DNA from: Dudresnaya verticillata
Lineage: Eukaryota
Assembly: GCA_977862235.1 (NCBI GenBank)
Contig: OZ374563.1
Coordinates: 1,798,001-1,862,000 of the forward strand
Direction: 5' to 3'
Length of the DNA stretch: 64,000 nt
In this document: in pieces, positions 21,934 to 34,265 of the stretch
How positions within the stretch are numbered: position 1 is the first letter of the stretch
How the letters are laid out: each line of letters begins with the position of its first letter
Position numbers and translations under genes: made by a program
Notes under the pieces: generated by a model
The model's database searches: none
What the model was told of the DNA's origin: nothing
What the model saw: the letters and a program-made list of their open reading frames with translations, nothing else

Positions 21934-23124
21934 CTATGGCAGGTGGCAAGGCATGGCGGTCATAAATTGAACGGCCTTTGCAATCTCCTTCCGGCGCTCT
22001 TCTGCGTTCCTGAAGTGAAAGTGCCTCATATGACCCGGCCATGCGTGCAAGAAGGGAATATCCGCTAAGCGAGCGACATTCTGAATCTGCAGACTCCAAG
22101 ACTGAGTACAATACTCTGCCAAGCTGCCGAGCCCACCCTGGCGTGGCATGTCGACGAGGTGATCACCTGTGAACAAGCTCTGCGAAGGTGTATGCAGCAT
22201 GGCCATAGAACCCGGGCTGTGGCCCGGTACATGCAATAACTCTAAACCGTCGCCAATCTTGTATGGGAACTGGGAGTCTGAAAGCTTTATCTCTGCTGCG
22301 TCGGTGCCTTGCGCAGGGACGCACTCGGTCTCATGGATGATGCGCTGGACACCGAGCTCCTCTGCCCACACGTCATGATGGGCGACATCATCCTTATGGC
22401 TGAGGACAAGATACCTAAGACCGCCGACCTGAGACGCAACGCGGCGAATGCCGTCTGCAAGGCGAGGATCATACCTGGGACAGTCAAACATGACAGCGAA
22501 TGAGTCGGTTGGGGTGCGATGGAGCACGAGCCAGGAAGCGCAGCCAAAGCTCTCGACGGCGGTGTAACCGTTGAAGTAGACATCCTCGATGGCGGTTGAA
22601 GCCAAGGTCGGGAAGACTGGGAGCGGAAAGGTGTTGGCGGCAATCTCGGCCATTTTGTGCGGGGTCTCTGTTCGAATGGAGCCCGTCGGACAAGCGGCGG
22701 CGGCGCGAAGCGCGTGGAGTTCTGCGGCGTCGCTGGGCGGTTGTGTATGGACGTGGGACTGCGGGCCTTTGATGCCGAAGGTGTCCGGTGCGAGCCCTGC
22801 GCGACGAGAGGGAACGGGGGACGGGGGGGGACGGAGCGTGGTGTCGGTGCGGGTGTGAGAGAAAGTCAGAGAGTGTTACGGAAAACAGGAACAGTAATGA
22901 GAGCGAGGAGGATCTGCAGCAAACGTACATCTGCAGGTGTCGCAGTCGATGCAAGTGGACTTGACGTAAAAGTTGCCCGGGGCGTTCTCAGGGCGGCGCT
23001 GTGCGGCGTCAGGGACGACTGCCGTGGCTTGCCAAGGCTTGCGTGAGACGGCGGGGTCGTGAGCACGGGCGGCGGGGCCGGGGAGTGGGGTGGCGAGCGG
23101 GGTGGCGAACGCGGTGAGATGCAT
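21934..23124 (-). CDS. Ferredoxin + metallo-beta-lactamase-fold fusion, plastid-targeted; join complement(22929..23124,21934..22796)
   Basis: Intron at 22797-22928 gives FYVKSTCIDCDTCR|WLAPDTF...CPTGSI. MBL motifs SHKDDVAHH, PGHSPGS, FTGDH, PGH. Confidence 0.88.
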
Positions 23125-23139
23125 AGCTGCGGCGGTGGG

Positions 23140-26100
23140 GGGGCGGCGGTAGGTGCAAGCGGTGCGTTTTCGAGTGTTGGGCGTTTTGGGGGGCTCCTGG
23201 TGGGGTGCAGCGCGGGAGGGGGGCGGTAGCGAGTGAGCGAGGATCTGGGATGTGGGACGGAGACAGGCAGTGAAATAGGGGGGCGACGGCCGTTATTCCG
23301 GATCCGCGAATTGTGTGCGTGCGTGTTTTTGCGCGCGGTATGTATGCGGGCGCGGGGGGGTGTGTCGGCGTTGGTGTTGGTTGGTGGGGGCAGGTGTCGC
23401 GCGCGGGGGGAGGGGGGGGCTTGTGCGGGGGCGCGCGCGGCGAGGCAGCGGCGGCACAGATACAGTACGGCGGGCGGGCGGTGGAATGTGGACCGTGCGG
23501 CATTCGAACCGGGCCACGGCTGACAGGCGGTTGGCGGTGGCACGGCATGGACAAGCGCGAGGCGTAGGCGCGGCCAAAGCCGCGCGCGCGCGGCCGTGCG
23601 GCGCGCTTTGTTTTTCACCGCGCGGCCACCAGAGACGGCGCGCGCGCTGCTGCGCCGCGTCAGGACGTTGCGACTTGCAGCGACCGCGGCGCGCGCGCGC
23701 GCGCACGCACACGCGACTCGGCGGCCGCGCCCGCGCCGCGCGTGTTTGTTTCTTCCGAGTCGCGCTCGCAACACCTGGGTCGCGCGCGCTGCGCCGAGCG
23801 ATGTGCGCGCGGCGTGTGCGCGTGTGTGACACTGTGGGCGCGCAACGCGCGCGTGCGGAGCGGTGCCGAGGCGCGCGCGCGCGACCAAACGCACGCACGC
23901 ACTCGCACGGTGGCAGAGACAGGCGCGCGGGCAATATCGGGGCGGGGGGGGGGGGGGGGGGGTCGGGTGGTGTGCGGCCTTGGGCGCGGGTGCGTGCGTG
24001 CGTGCGTGCGTGCGTGCAGCGAGAGAGAGTGCACGGCGCGGCGGTGTCGGCGGCGGCGTTGTCGTTGTCGCTGCTGCTGCTGCTGCGCGGTGAAGAGGCT
24101 GACGTACAATACAGTGCGGCGGCGGGGGAACGCGGTTTGGGTGTGCCCGACAGGCGTGGCTCGGTCGGGGCGGGCGCGAGCGACGGGGGCGGCATCGGTG
24201 GTAGTGTAGGCGCGGAATTACACACACGGCGCGGCGCGGCGCCAAGTGGGGCGCCCAGCGCGCGGGCAGACGCGATGGAACTACAGCACTGTGCGCGCTT
24301 GTCTACAGCGCTGACGGGCACGGCGCGCATGCAGCCGGGACGAGGAGGCAGGGGCTGCGCTTGCGCGGCGGCTGGAAGGCTTCCCCGCGGCTGGCTGCGA
24401 GATGCGCGTTGCGCTGTGGCGCAGGCCGAGGCAGACACATTGGGCGCCAAAAACGCGCGCGTCACTCTCTCCCTGCGCATGTACGTTTGTGACGAGCGAG
24501 GCGAAGGACAGACCGTTCGAGCAGGGTCGCCTTGCTCCTTGCGGCGGCCGGCCGGTTGCGCTGCAGATACGCCGTCCGTCGGGGGTGGCCGTGGCGAGAC
24601 GGCACGCATTCCCCTCTTTCTCCCGCAACCTGCGGCGCGACCTGCGGTGCACGTACGCGCAGAGTGCAGTACAGTACAGTACAGCACATACAGAGGCGTA
24701 CCGGTACCATCTCAGTGAGAGCCTCGCCGCATGCTCGTCCGTCTCCACCGGTATATAAAACACACCGCTCAGCCTCGCGCCAGAAAAGCCTCGGCGCAGC
24801 GGCGTGGCGAGCCGTGCGCGCCCTTCCCAAGCGCGCCTGTTTGGCGCAGGCCACGCACGCACGCACGCACGCACGCAGCCGCGCCGCGCAACTTGTTACG
24901 CGCCTGCGCGCCGTAGCGCCACCATACCCTTCGCCTTGTTCCGGCGCGCGCGCGGCGCATACTGTACCACCGGCACTGTGCGAGCAATGCGAGCGTACGA
25001 AGGCTACTTACTGTACCAAGCCGCTCTTTCGCGCAGTTGGGCGCTTGCTCCTCGTTCCACCACCGCGCGCGCGGTGCCTGACAAAGGCCGCTTTTGCTGT
25101 TCTGGTACAATACAGTAGAACAGTGGGTGGTGATCGCGCGCCTGTCCGCGCATCACTCACTCACTCGCTCCAATGCAATGTTGGCGCTGGAGATAGTCGA
25201 TATCGCCACGCGCCTCCGCTTCGCTGTCGCGCTGAGAGAGACGCTTTGTCTGATCTCCAACTCGGCAACGCAGCGCGCAAGCATTCTTGGCCTACTGAAC
25301 GCTACTTGTCAGACGCGGTCGCGGTCGCGGTCGCGGTCGCGGTCGCGGTCGCGCGTGTCCGCTTGCACCACCAATTTCAAGCGGTCGACGCGACGCGAAG
25401 CGCCTGTCGATATCAGTTAAGAACACTTTATACACAGGTCAAGGACAATTAAAAGATACAGCGCGCGCCGAGGGTTAACGGTGCCCTTTGTAACGTTTGC
25501 CCAACGTTAAAAAAATGTTGTGCGTGAACACGCGCCACGCCAAGGGTTGACAAGGATCGCAACCTTTCTCCTTCTTCTTCTTCTTCTTCAAGCGGCGAAG
25601 AGTACCGCTACCGCGCATCTACAAGTAAAACGGGTTCGTTCACACACCGACCTGCGCGATGATCTCCCTTTTATTATATTATTGCGTGCGCAAGCGAACA
25701 GTCTTTTTTTTTGCCTCTGTCCAGACGGGACCATCATCATCTTCTTGTGTTCACCCATCCTGTGTGTGCCTGTGCGAGAACAATATATTTTTCGCCCAAG
25801 TCTTTGCAGTCTGCCCCCCTGAGACGGCCTTTTGCGGCGTTTTGCACGGGTTCTTGAACACACACTCCACTCGAATACCACTTGTTAACAATATTATTAC
25901 CCTATCCACAATAATGCAATGTACATTTTCATGCCTTGTGACGGACACGTTTGCTACTGCACTGTGATAACCGCGCGTACCCGTACCAAGCGTCCAGTTC
26001 CAATCATCCGCCTCCTGAATCTCGCCTACTCCCCGCAGGGGAGCTATTGCACATGCCACAGCAATCACTTTTTGCACATCCTGCCCGAGTCCGAGTCATC

Positions 26101-29100
26101 AACAACAACAACAAAGCGCTTCGTTGAAGAGCATGCCAATCTGTGCGTTCAACGCCACTGTTGATCAGCCACCACCCACAGAGAGAGAGAGAGAGAGAGA
26201 GACCACTGCCTTACTCTCTCTCGCACCTGCGCCACAATGTCCTCCTTCAATACAAGCAAGCACCGCCTCCGCCACCAACAGCTTGCGCGCGTGCATTTCC
26301 ACACAAACCCCCACTAAAAATAGCCGCGCCGTACCTGTCGTCTCGAGAACCCGCACTTTGGCTAAACAGCACCGCCTTCCCCACGTCGTTCGCCTGCACG
26401 GAACCACCCGCCGCACGCCAATAGCCTGTGTGTGTGTGTGTGCCCGCCGCGGCCAACTCCGTGGTGTCCCCGCAGTGTCTGCCAACCCATTTTCCCAGCG
26501 AAAACAAGCTTTTTGTCCAGCGCGCACGCCGCGCAGCACAGCACCCCAGCCGTCCGCTGCAGAGCCGCCGCTGCCGCGCCTCGCGCCGCCGCGCCTCTCC
26601 TCTCCTTTCCTGGTCGCACTCAACCCGCAGCTGCCGCAGCTGCAGCTCGCCCTCGCAGCCGGCCGACGCCCGACTCTCGCGACTGCAGCCGGCCGCGCCG
26701 CCGGCGCAGTCCGCACGCCGACGCCGCGTCGCGCGCGCGCGAGCGCGCGAAGATAACTCACTGTACAGTACGTGTGCGTCGCAGTGTAGCCGGCGCTTGC
26801 ACAGCGTCCACGTGCGCCGCCTCGATTGGGGGCGGCGAGGTGTTTGTCGCGCCAGGACGCGCGGCGGTGGAACGATATCGCCAGCACCATGCGGCAACGA
26901 GAGCGAGCGCTGCGCGAACGGCGCGCGACAACAACGGCGGAGGCGTGGTTGTCGCGCGGAGAGAGGAACGGATCAGCGTCTGCTGCAGTACAGTGCAGTA
27001 CGAAGGTAGCCGCTGCAAGCGGAGGCCGCGCGCCGCGCCGGCGTGTTGACATGTGTGACCCGACAACAGCGCGCCGCCTCCGCTCGGCGCAACGCAACGC
27101 GGCGCGCGCCGCGGCGGCGGAGTGCGGACTGCGCCACGCTGTTCGCCGCGCGCCTCGTCGTCGCAGGTGCACTCACCCTCACTCACCATGTGCGGACGCG
27201 CGCCGAGGGGTGCGCGGCCGCTGTGCTTTGGTTCTGCACCGCCTCGACAAACCTCGATCATTTCAGCACTGCAACCTGCGGATCAGGCCTTGATTCGGAC
27301 ACACTGACGCACTCGGTCCCTGTCGACAGCCCCCGCTCTATTGCCTGCGCAATGCGCAGCGACGACCCGCTAGCTGGCTGGCTCTAGAGAGAAGCCATGC
27401 AAGATATGCATCGAGCGTGGTGTGTGTCCGCGCCCACCAGGGCATATGCCCAATAGCGCAGATACCGATACGTACTACAGTATTCGGACAGTATGTGCGC
27501 GCTCACCCCGCTTTGATTCCTAACAAAGCGCTTCCGCACGATGTGTGTCATACGCTCATCAAAGCAATCAATGCCAAGCAAGTATATCGTTTTGGAAACA
27601 AAGTCTGCCCTTAAGAAAAGCCTGCTTCAAACAAACTCTACCAACACACCACAGTCGCTTCGTCAGCCAGACAGGCAGGCAAAGGCCCAATGCAGCCCAA
27701 TTAAACAGTCAAAGGTTTACCCAAACCTCGCGGCAGGCAATTGTACGGAACAGGGTCGCCTCTGTCTAAAAAGGATAACATTACGAACGCTCGAGCGCAT
27801 TACGCCTGTTGCTTTTTGTGCCATTCTTGAATCTTCTCCGTCTTGCCTCTGCCGATAGATGCTTGACTCGTTAAAACTCAAGACAATTACACACGATACG
27901 TGCTTTCTGTCAAGAGACAAAACACACACACACACACACACACACACAGCGTGTTTCCTCACCGCGGCAGTTCGAAACCTGGGTCCCGGTGCGTATCCAC
28001 TCTCAACTTTCACGGCCACTTGAAGAAAGCATGAGAGAGTTGTGAGCGTTTGCTTGTGCGCATCCATTATGGATATAAAACCTACATGTACTGTACGGCA
28101 ATTCCCCAGTTCCGTCTGTATCAAGACCCTGTCGAACAAACTGGACACGTAATAACGCGGGTGGAAGAGAGTTGCTGCTTGAGGGCAAGGCGTTCCAGAA
28201 AAACTACGGGAGCTACACTCTCTAGAGCGCTCAAAGAAACTCTTGGTAGGGGCGCAACGAAGATTCGTAATAACGGCGAAAGATGCCCATTCAACGTGCA
28301 GTACACTGTTCCAGTAGGATACTGCCCTTTTGTACAGTTGTTACATATTTGCCCTATTTGCTGCACTCACTACTCTCCAAAGGTCGGACAGTCACCGCGC
28401 TTATGGTCGCGCGCCTCGGTCAACCGCTTACACATTCGCGGGCATTGCCGAGAGAGCCCCAGTGTAGCGCTCAACAGCTCGTTGTTTGCAACAACAGCCG
28501 ATGCCCAATCGTGTGGCTGGCGGGGAGGTCCAGAAAGGATGCGCCATGCCTTGGAGGTATACCATCAAACCATCCAAAACACAAACACACAACAACCGAT
28601 GCCCAGTGCGGAGTGCACCATCGTTGCATTGTACTACTCTCAGCAGCAGAAACCTGTTTCTACGACAAGTCTGCTGATCACCACCAAACGCTAATGTATT
28701 TCGCTTCTTGACGGTGCCCAGTTCACTTCCCCAATCAACCGCGGCGCTTGTTCGACCGCCCCGCCCCAACGTCCGCACCATGGGGGCGGAGTTGAGAGTC
28801 CAGCGCTGTGCGTTTAGTCCGATAACTATTCCCGCCGGCGAGGCGCATCGAGAACGCGGCACGTTGACACACGCCCACGCTGTCAAAAGTCCTGAACCAT
28901 CTATCCAGAAACCGAGGCAAACCAACTCAGCAGGCACGAGCAGGAGGTGTCATTTCAGCCCACCGTGCAGCGCCATTTGATTCCAAGTTGCGTTGACGGG
29001 AAAAGTCGTAGTGCACGGCGCCCATTCCGCCACCGCGAGGTGCAACACCACTCCAGTCCAAGCCTTGAATGAACGAGTGCCGCGCTGAGAGCAGCAATGT

Positions 29101-29900
29101 CCGCCGCGCCGCCCTGCCACACACACCCCAGCGCAAGCGCCTGCAAACGCAGCAGCGCCCCTTTCCCCCATAGCGGCCGCCCGTCAAACAGCCCCTGCGC
29201 AGCGCGATTGCACCACCGCGAGCGCGAGCCGTGGGCTTGGATGAGCGCGCGCTCGCGCGCTGTCCGCGACAAACCTGCTGCCGTGGCAAGTTGTCGCCAG
29301 CAAAGAAGCGCGAACAATCTTCGCAGGCAATTGCAGCACGGGCGAATAGGCGCCCAACCGCGCTTTTGGACTGCATCACCCGGTCGCCTCGCGCCCGGCC
29401 CTCGCTGCTGCCGCCCGAGAGCGCGTCAATCAACGCGCGTTGGAGCCGGCGCGCCTGTACGCCTGTCAACGGCCGAGCTGCGCGTGTGGTGGTGGGGAAG
29501 GACAACCAAGGACACCCCCTTCTAGTGGCCACGACGCTGATTTTCCCCACGCCGACAACAATCTCGCCCGTCTCATGCCCGGAGAAACGCGCTGCGCGAG
29601 CCGACCACAAGTTGGCAGGGGGCGCGCGCTGCCATGGTTCGTGTCCGCAATCGCACCAGCTGTCCGAGAGGCATTGTTGTTGGAGCACGACCAGCCCCTA
29701 GCGATTGCCGCGTCGCGCTTTCCACGGCTGGCTGGACACCTGCGCGGCGCGAGACAAGGTGACGGCACACCATGAAAAGCGTGAATGTTAGTCCACAGAA
29801 GCTCCATGAGCTGTGAGCTGTAGCTGTCGCTGTCGCTGTCTTTGTCGCTGTCCCTCCAGCTCGAGCCCTAGTCGGCGGTCACGACACTCTAGCCATCCTG
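23140..29900. other. About 6.8-kb low-complexity intergenic region between divergent genes, with microsatellites
   Basis: (GCGT)n, (GCGGTC)6 at 25315-25350, (GA)n near 26180, (CA)n near 27922 and poly-G. ORFs are Arg/Ala/Cys-rich shadows without domains. Confidence 0.65.
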
Positions 29901-29953
29901 CCGCACGAGAGCGAGAGCGCGCGAGAGTGAGCGAGCGAGAGCTCTACACAAAC

Positions 29954-31603
29954 ATGCCCAACATGCCCGTCAAGTTCGCGCTACCCGAGCGCCTGCGCGG
30001 ACTGCTCCATGGTGCCGCGCAGAAAGACCCCGTGAAGCGTCTGCCGCCTCCCGTCCCGCTGCCCGCGAATGCCGTGACCGCGAAAGCGCCGCAAGACGGC
30101 GCTGAAGACATCCCAACCGCATTCAGCCTCTCGTCTGGCTACTTGTCGCTCGCGACGACGCCGGAGCGTTACAAGAACGACTCCCCTGCCTCGGGCCGTG
30201 GGCGTGACGAGCGAGATGAGGGCAACTTTGCGCTCTCACAGGATATGCTCGGCCAGTATCGCTCCGGAGCAATCTCTACGAGCAACATTTCCGAGTCGAC
30301 GCTCGTGTCCTCACCGTTTACCGAGCCGTCGGTTTACCTACTCCGAGACGCAGCAGCATGGCAGCAGACTTCTCCGACGGACGACCCTACAATGGTGAGA
30401 CCGGCTTCCTCCGGGAGTAGGGCAAGTGCCCAGTTTCGAGTGCAAAAGCTCGCGTCGAAGTGGGCCGGCCGCTCACTCGGAGAAGACTTTGAGGATGAAA
30501 CGCGCAAGGATATCGCTATAGGGCATGAGTACAAGGGCAAAGCGTGGGGGAAGCTGAAGGATGACGTAGCCAAGGCTGGGAAGGACAGGTGGACCGTGGC
30601 ATGCATCAAGGCGACAAGTCGGTTCTGTGCTGCTCCGGATGAGAAGCAGTTGAGGCTCATTCTGACCGGTTTACGAGAAGGCGGCAGGGCTACAGATCGA
30701 GACATGCCGCTCGGAGCGATTCTCCACCAACTTGGTGTGCGGCTGGATAGCTCTGACTGGACTGTTGTGCTCAAGACGCAAATTGTGTTTCACACCATCT
30801 TCCGTTCTGGCAACCAACACTTTGTCGACTACCTCGCATATGCGATGCCGGACATGTTTGAGAATTCGCGCTTCGATGACATGTCTGCAGGTGGAGTGTT
30901 ACACACGCCTTTCATCAAATCGTACGCAATTTACCTGCAAAGATGGCTAGTAATGAGAGCAAGGACGATGTTTCCTCCGACTAAGACCACAGACCCGTCT
31001 GTGAAGAATCATTTCCAGCAGGCAACCGCAGAAGAACTGCTTGAGGACCTCCCAGACGTAATGAACCTCGTATCGAGTCTATTGGAGTTCGAGCTGAACT
31101 CAAGAATTAGAAAGTCTCCAGTGGCAAATGCTGCGCTCTTCCTTCTTCTGCGCGACCAGAGTGCAATCATCGTGGCGCTGAAGAAGGGAGTCGACCGCTT
31201 GGTCGAACTGTTTTACAACTTGAGCCGAGAACAAGCGGTCAAAGCAATGGCAGTGTACGGGCGGTACCGACAGTTGATGGGAGAGCTTCGATTCGTGATA
31301 GAAAGACTGCAACGCGTACACCCGGGGTGGCATGTACCCCTGGACATAAGCGCTGAGAGCTTGGCGCCAGAGATGCAGAGGTACATCGATGACGAGCCGC
31401 TTAGCTTTGCCACAGAAAGTGCAACTTTAGAAACGGATTCCAATGGACGACTGCCGGACAGGGTTGTGTCGACAGAAGGCAGAAAATTGTCTTCCAATCT
31501 CTTTTTACCTCACGCTCGGACACCGTTTCCAGCAAGGGAACCGCGAAGAAGACGTGTGCTCTCTCACATTGAGGTTGACAACAGTACGATTTATTCTCTC
31601 TAG
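29954..31603 (+). CDS. ANTH-domain clathrin assembly protein (AP180/CALM-like) with N-terminal extension
   Basis: VACIKATS...APDEKQLR, WTVVLKTQIVFHTIFRSG, FIKSYAIYL, LVELFYNL..EQAVKAMAVY. Confidence 0.85.
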   Translation: MPNMPVKFALPERLRGLLHGAAQKDPVKRLPPPVPLPANAVTAKAPQDGAEDIPTAFSLSSGYLSLATTPERYKNDSPASGRGRDERDEGNFALSQDMLGQYRSGAISTSNISESTLVSSPFTEPSVYLLRDAAAWQQTSPTDDPTMVRPASSGSRASAQFRVQKLASKWAGRSLGEDFEDETRKDIAIGHEYKGKAWGKLKDDVAKAGKDRWTVACIKATSRFCAAPDEKQLRLILTGLREGGRATDRDMPLGAILHQLGVRLDSSDWTVVLKTQIVFHTIFRSGNQHFVDYLAYAMPDMFENSRFDDMSAGGVLHTPFIKSYAIYLQRWLVMRARTMFPPTKTTDPSVKNHFQQATAEELLEDLPDVMNLVSSLLEFELNSRIRKSPVANAALFLLLRDQSAIIVALKKGVDRLVELFYNLSREQAVKAMAVYGRYRQLMGELRFVIERLQRVHPGWHVPLDISAESLAPEMQRYIDDEPLSFATESATLETDSNGRLPDRVVSTEGRKLSSNLFLPHARTPFPAREPRRRRVLSHIEVDNSTIYSL

Positions 31604-32288
31604 AACGACATTTCCGATCCAAAGCAAAAGCAGTGTACAGAGCCCTCATGTGTAGTAAAGCAATTCAAATAGCCTTGAGGAAGCTTGATTAACATTGCGC
31701 TTATGGATTGATGTCAAAGTCATTCTGCCAATGTTGAGTTGTGTTTATTGAGGTTCCGCTCAGTCGTTTTTCTTTTCTTTCTTTTGCTCGTTTCACAGAA
31801 TGGATGGGGTCCGCGACAAGATGCACATATCTCGAGAACACGTGTGCGCCGCTATAGAGACGGTCTATCGGACTACAAGTATAGGACTAGTATTGTGAGG
31901 AACTCCACTTTTTAGGCTTCATGACATGTGTTTTAGCGTGTGACTACTGGTGCTGTCGCTAAATTATGTACTATGTCTGAATCTACGATCTTCGCACTGG
32001 CAGTTGTTCTTTGTCCGAAAGACTTTAAACGATTTCACGCTAAACATGAATGTTGCAGTTGCACTCTGATAGTGTACATGACCACGCTGAGTCGCAAGAT
32101 AAAAAGATGTGACGCAGCTTAAGGGTTTACCAAGAGGCAGGTGGGAAGTTGAAGAAACAAGGGCAAGAAGTCTGAAGCAGTTTAATGCACGGTAAAATGG
32201 AGCAACAGATGAAACTATAGATGGATTCCTATTCTTGGAAGTCATCTCTTACCCGAGGCAGTAAGCGAGACCTCCAAACAGGGTAGAC

Positions 32289-32813
32289 TTAAATCTTGCG
32301 GGCAATGCAGTCCCTCTTGCACTTGCAATAGAACGCTCTGCTAGGGCACAAAGTGCGTCCGAGGTCCTTTCCGCACGTCTTAGTTCCACCAAAATGGCAC
32401 GTCGCCCAGTACAACCCCCTCCCGGCGAGTCTGAGAGCGTTGCAGTAGGGTTTGCAGCGGCTTTTGTAATAATTTTTGGGGCATTTGGCGCCTCCCATCC
32501 AATTGCCACAACCTCCCCGGATGTACGCGCGTGCCACAGTCGGCAATTTGGGGTTTTCGGGGGCAGCCGGGACTGCGTTCGTCTTGGCGGTCTCCTCCTC
32601 TGAGAACGCGGTGGTGTGCACCAAAACGGCCTTGGTTGAATTCGCAGTGGCCTCCGGGAGAACGGGATGGTTGGACACACCAAGCACACCCACGACAGCG
32701 GTTTCACCATCCTCGGTCATGCAGACCTTGTCCTCGCCGCAGACAATAACGTATGCCGAGGCTTGGTACAGGCACAGGCCAAGGAAGAGCGAAAGGGTGA
32801 GAAATGAGGTCAT
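32289..32813 (-). CDS. Secreted pre-pro cysteine-rich peptide (CS-alpha-beta defensin/macin-like)
   Basis: Signal peptide MTSFLTLSLFLGLCLYQASA, acidic pro-region, and a C-terminal 79-aa cationic domain with 10 Cys including CxxxC and CxC. Confidence 0.75.
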   Translation of the reverse strand: MTSFLTLSLFLGLCLYQASAYVIVCGEDKVCMTEDGETAVVGVLGVSNHPVLPEATANSTKAVLVHTTAFSEEETAKTNAVPAAPENPKLPTVARAYIRGGCGNWMGGAKCPKNYYKSRCKPYCNALRLAGRGLYWATCHFGGTKTCGKDLGRTLCPSRAFYCKCKRDCIARKI

Positions 32814-34265
32814 TTTGAGGTGCTGGGGAGTTTGGTCGATAGGAGGGACTGTGGCGCTTTGGCTGTTAACTTGTGGTGCTGGCTTTGTAGGACGGCGGTT
32901 TGGGCTGCTGTGTCGTTGGGTTTTATGCTGATCCGGCGATGCCGTCTCATCTCAATTGTGTGTCTTACCGAGGATGGTTGTAATGGTTGATTTTCGGCAC
33001 AAAACTACACAAAGTGCGAGTACGATTCGATGTATGGGTCGTACAGGAGAGAAAGAGAGGGAAAGGTGTTGAAGCTTTGCACCACTTGTTGTAACAAAAC
33101 AGAATATTGTTTATAGATAATGAGTGATTACAACGTTGCAGCTGCGCCTGAGGTTTTTGTATAACATTGGGGGTGTTCAACTCCAGTGACTTGAATCGCA
33201 TACAGAGCACAGAAAAGGCTCCGATAGAAGTTGGGTTTGTTGACAACACGATGTGGAGGGGTATCCGACGGTTCCGTGGCATGGCACACTGCGGTACAGT
33301 TGCTCTTAGAGTTTGGTCCTTGTACATTCTGACATGTCATAAAGAGGCATTACTATAAAAAGATGTTGTAGACATTTTTCGCTCGGTCGCCGAGAACCAC
33401 ACGATACGCAGAGCTGAGGACGATAGCTCGAAATCTGTCTGTCTGCAAGCTGCAACCTCTCGGGGTCTGCCAGAGAACACACATCGGCGTCTGCTATCTG
33501 TAACAATGGCAGTTTGCGCCAGAGGTGCTACTTGCGCAAGTAGCAACTCGGAGAGAAGATGCTAGACGATGTCCGATGATTGATCGCGTTACTGTTGTTC
33601 GGGGTATCGATAGGTGTGGATTCCATCAGGAATCTTACGAGTATAACCAAACCAAATCCCTTTATCGAGAGCAACATTGCCGCGGCAGCAGGCAGCTTTA
33701 TTAACAATATTCGTGCTCTGCTTTGCGAAAGAGCACCTGCCGCGGAGACGATGCCTCTCCATGCGGCGGGACAGCCCCACTCGCAGAACGCACGCACGCA
33801 ATGCCCCTCTAGCTTTGCTTATTGTTCGCGTTGCGGTGCCGCGCGCCTGGTGCGGAGCGCAAGTTTTACCGAAGGCATATGCGCGTTTGCGCGTTTGCCT
33901 GCAGAACGACCACCGTTGCGTGGGCCGCCGTTTCCCGCCGCCCGCAAGTCCCAAGTGCGCGCCAGACCCTGCTCTGCGCGTCTTTGTATCAATGTGCGAC
34001 GGCTCCTCGTTCCCTAAATGGAACTACAGGAAGGGTTCCGCCATTGCTACTTGCTCGCGCTTACCTGTTGTACGCTTACCTGTTGTACACGCGCCATTGC
34101 GTGCGTCGCCGCCGGCTTCCCGCGCGTTCCTTGCCGCACAACACGATTCTTATCCACGACGTACGCTAGCAGGTCGGCATCTTGGCTTCATACGGGGAGC
34201 TCACGCTTTAATCGCAATACAGACAGATCACACGTACCATCCACAATTAGAAAAACTTGTTGTCT

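Noticed and set aside
23485..23520. GGTTCGAAT on the minus strand, resembling a tRNA T-loop
   Set aside because: T-stem does not pair, and there is no D-arm or acceptor stem.
22866..27261. Many long ORFs (up to 467 aa) in the GC-rich intergenic region
   Set aside because: Arg/Ala/Cys low-complexity translations of microsatellites, open in several frames on both strands, with no domains.
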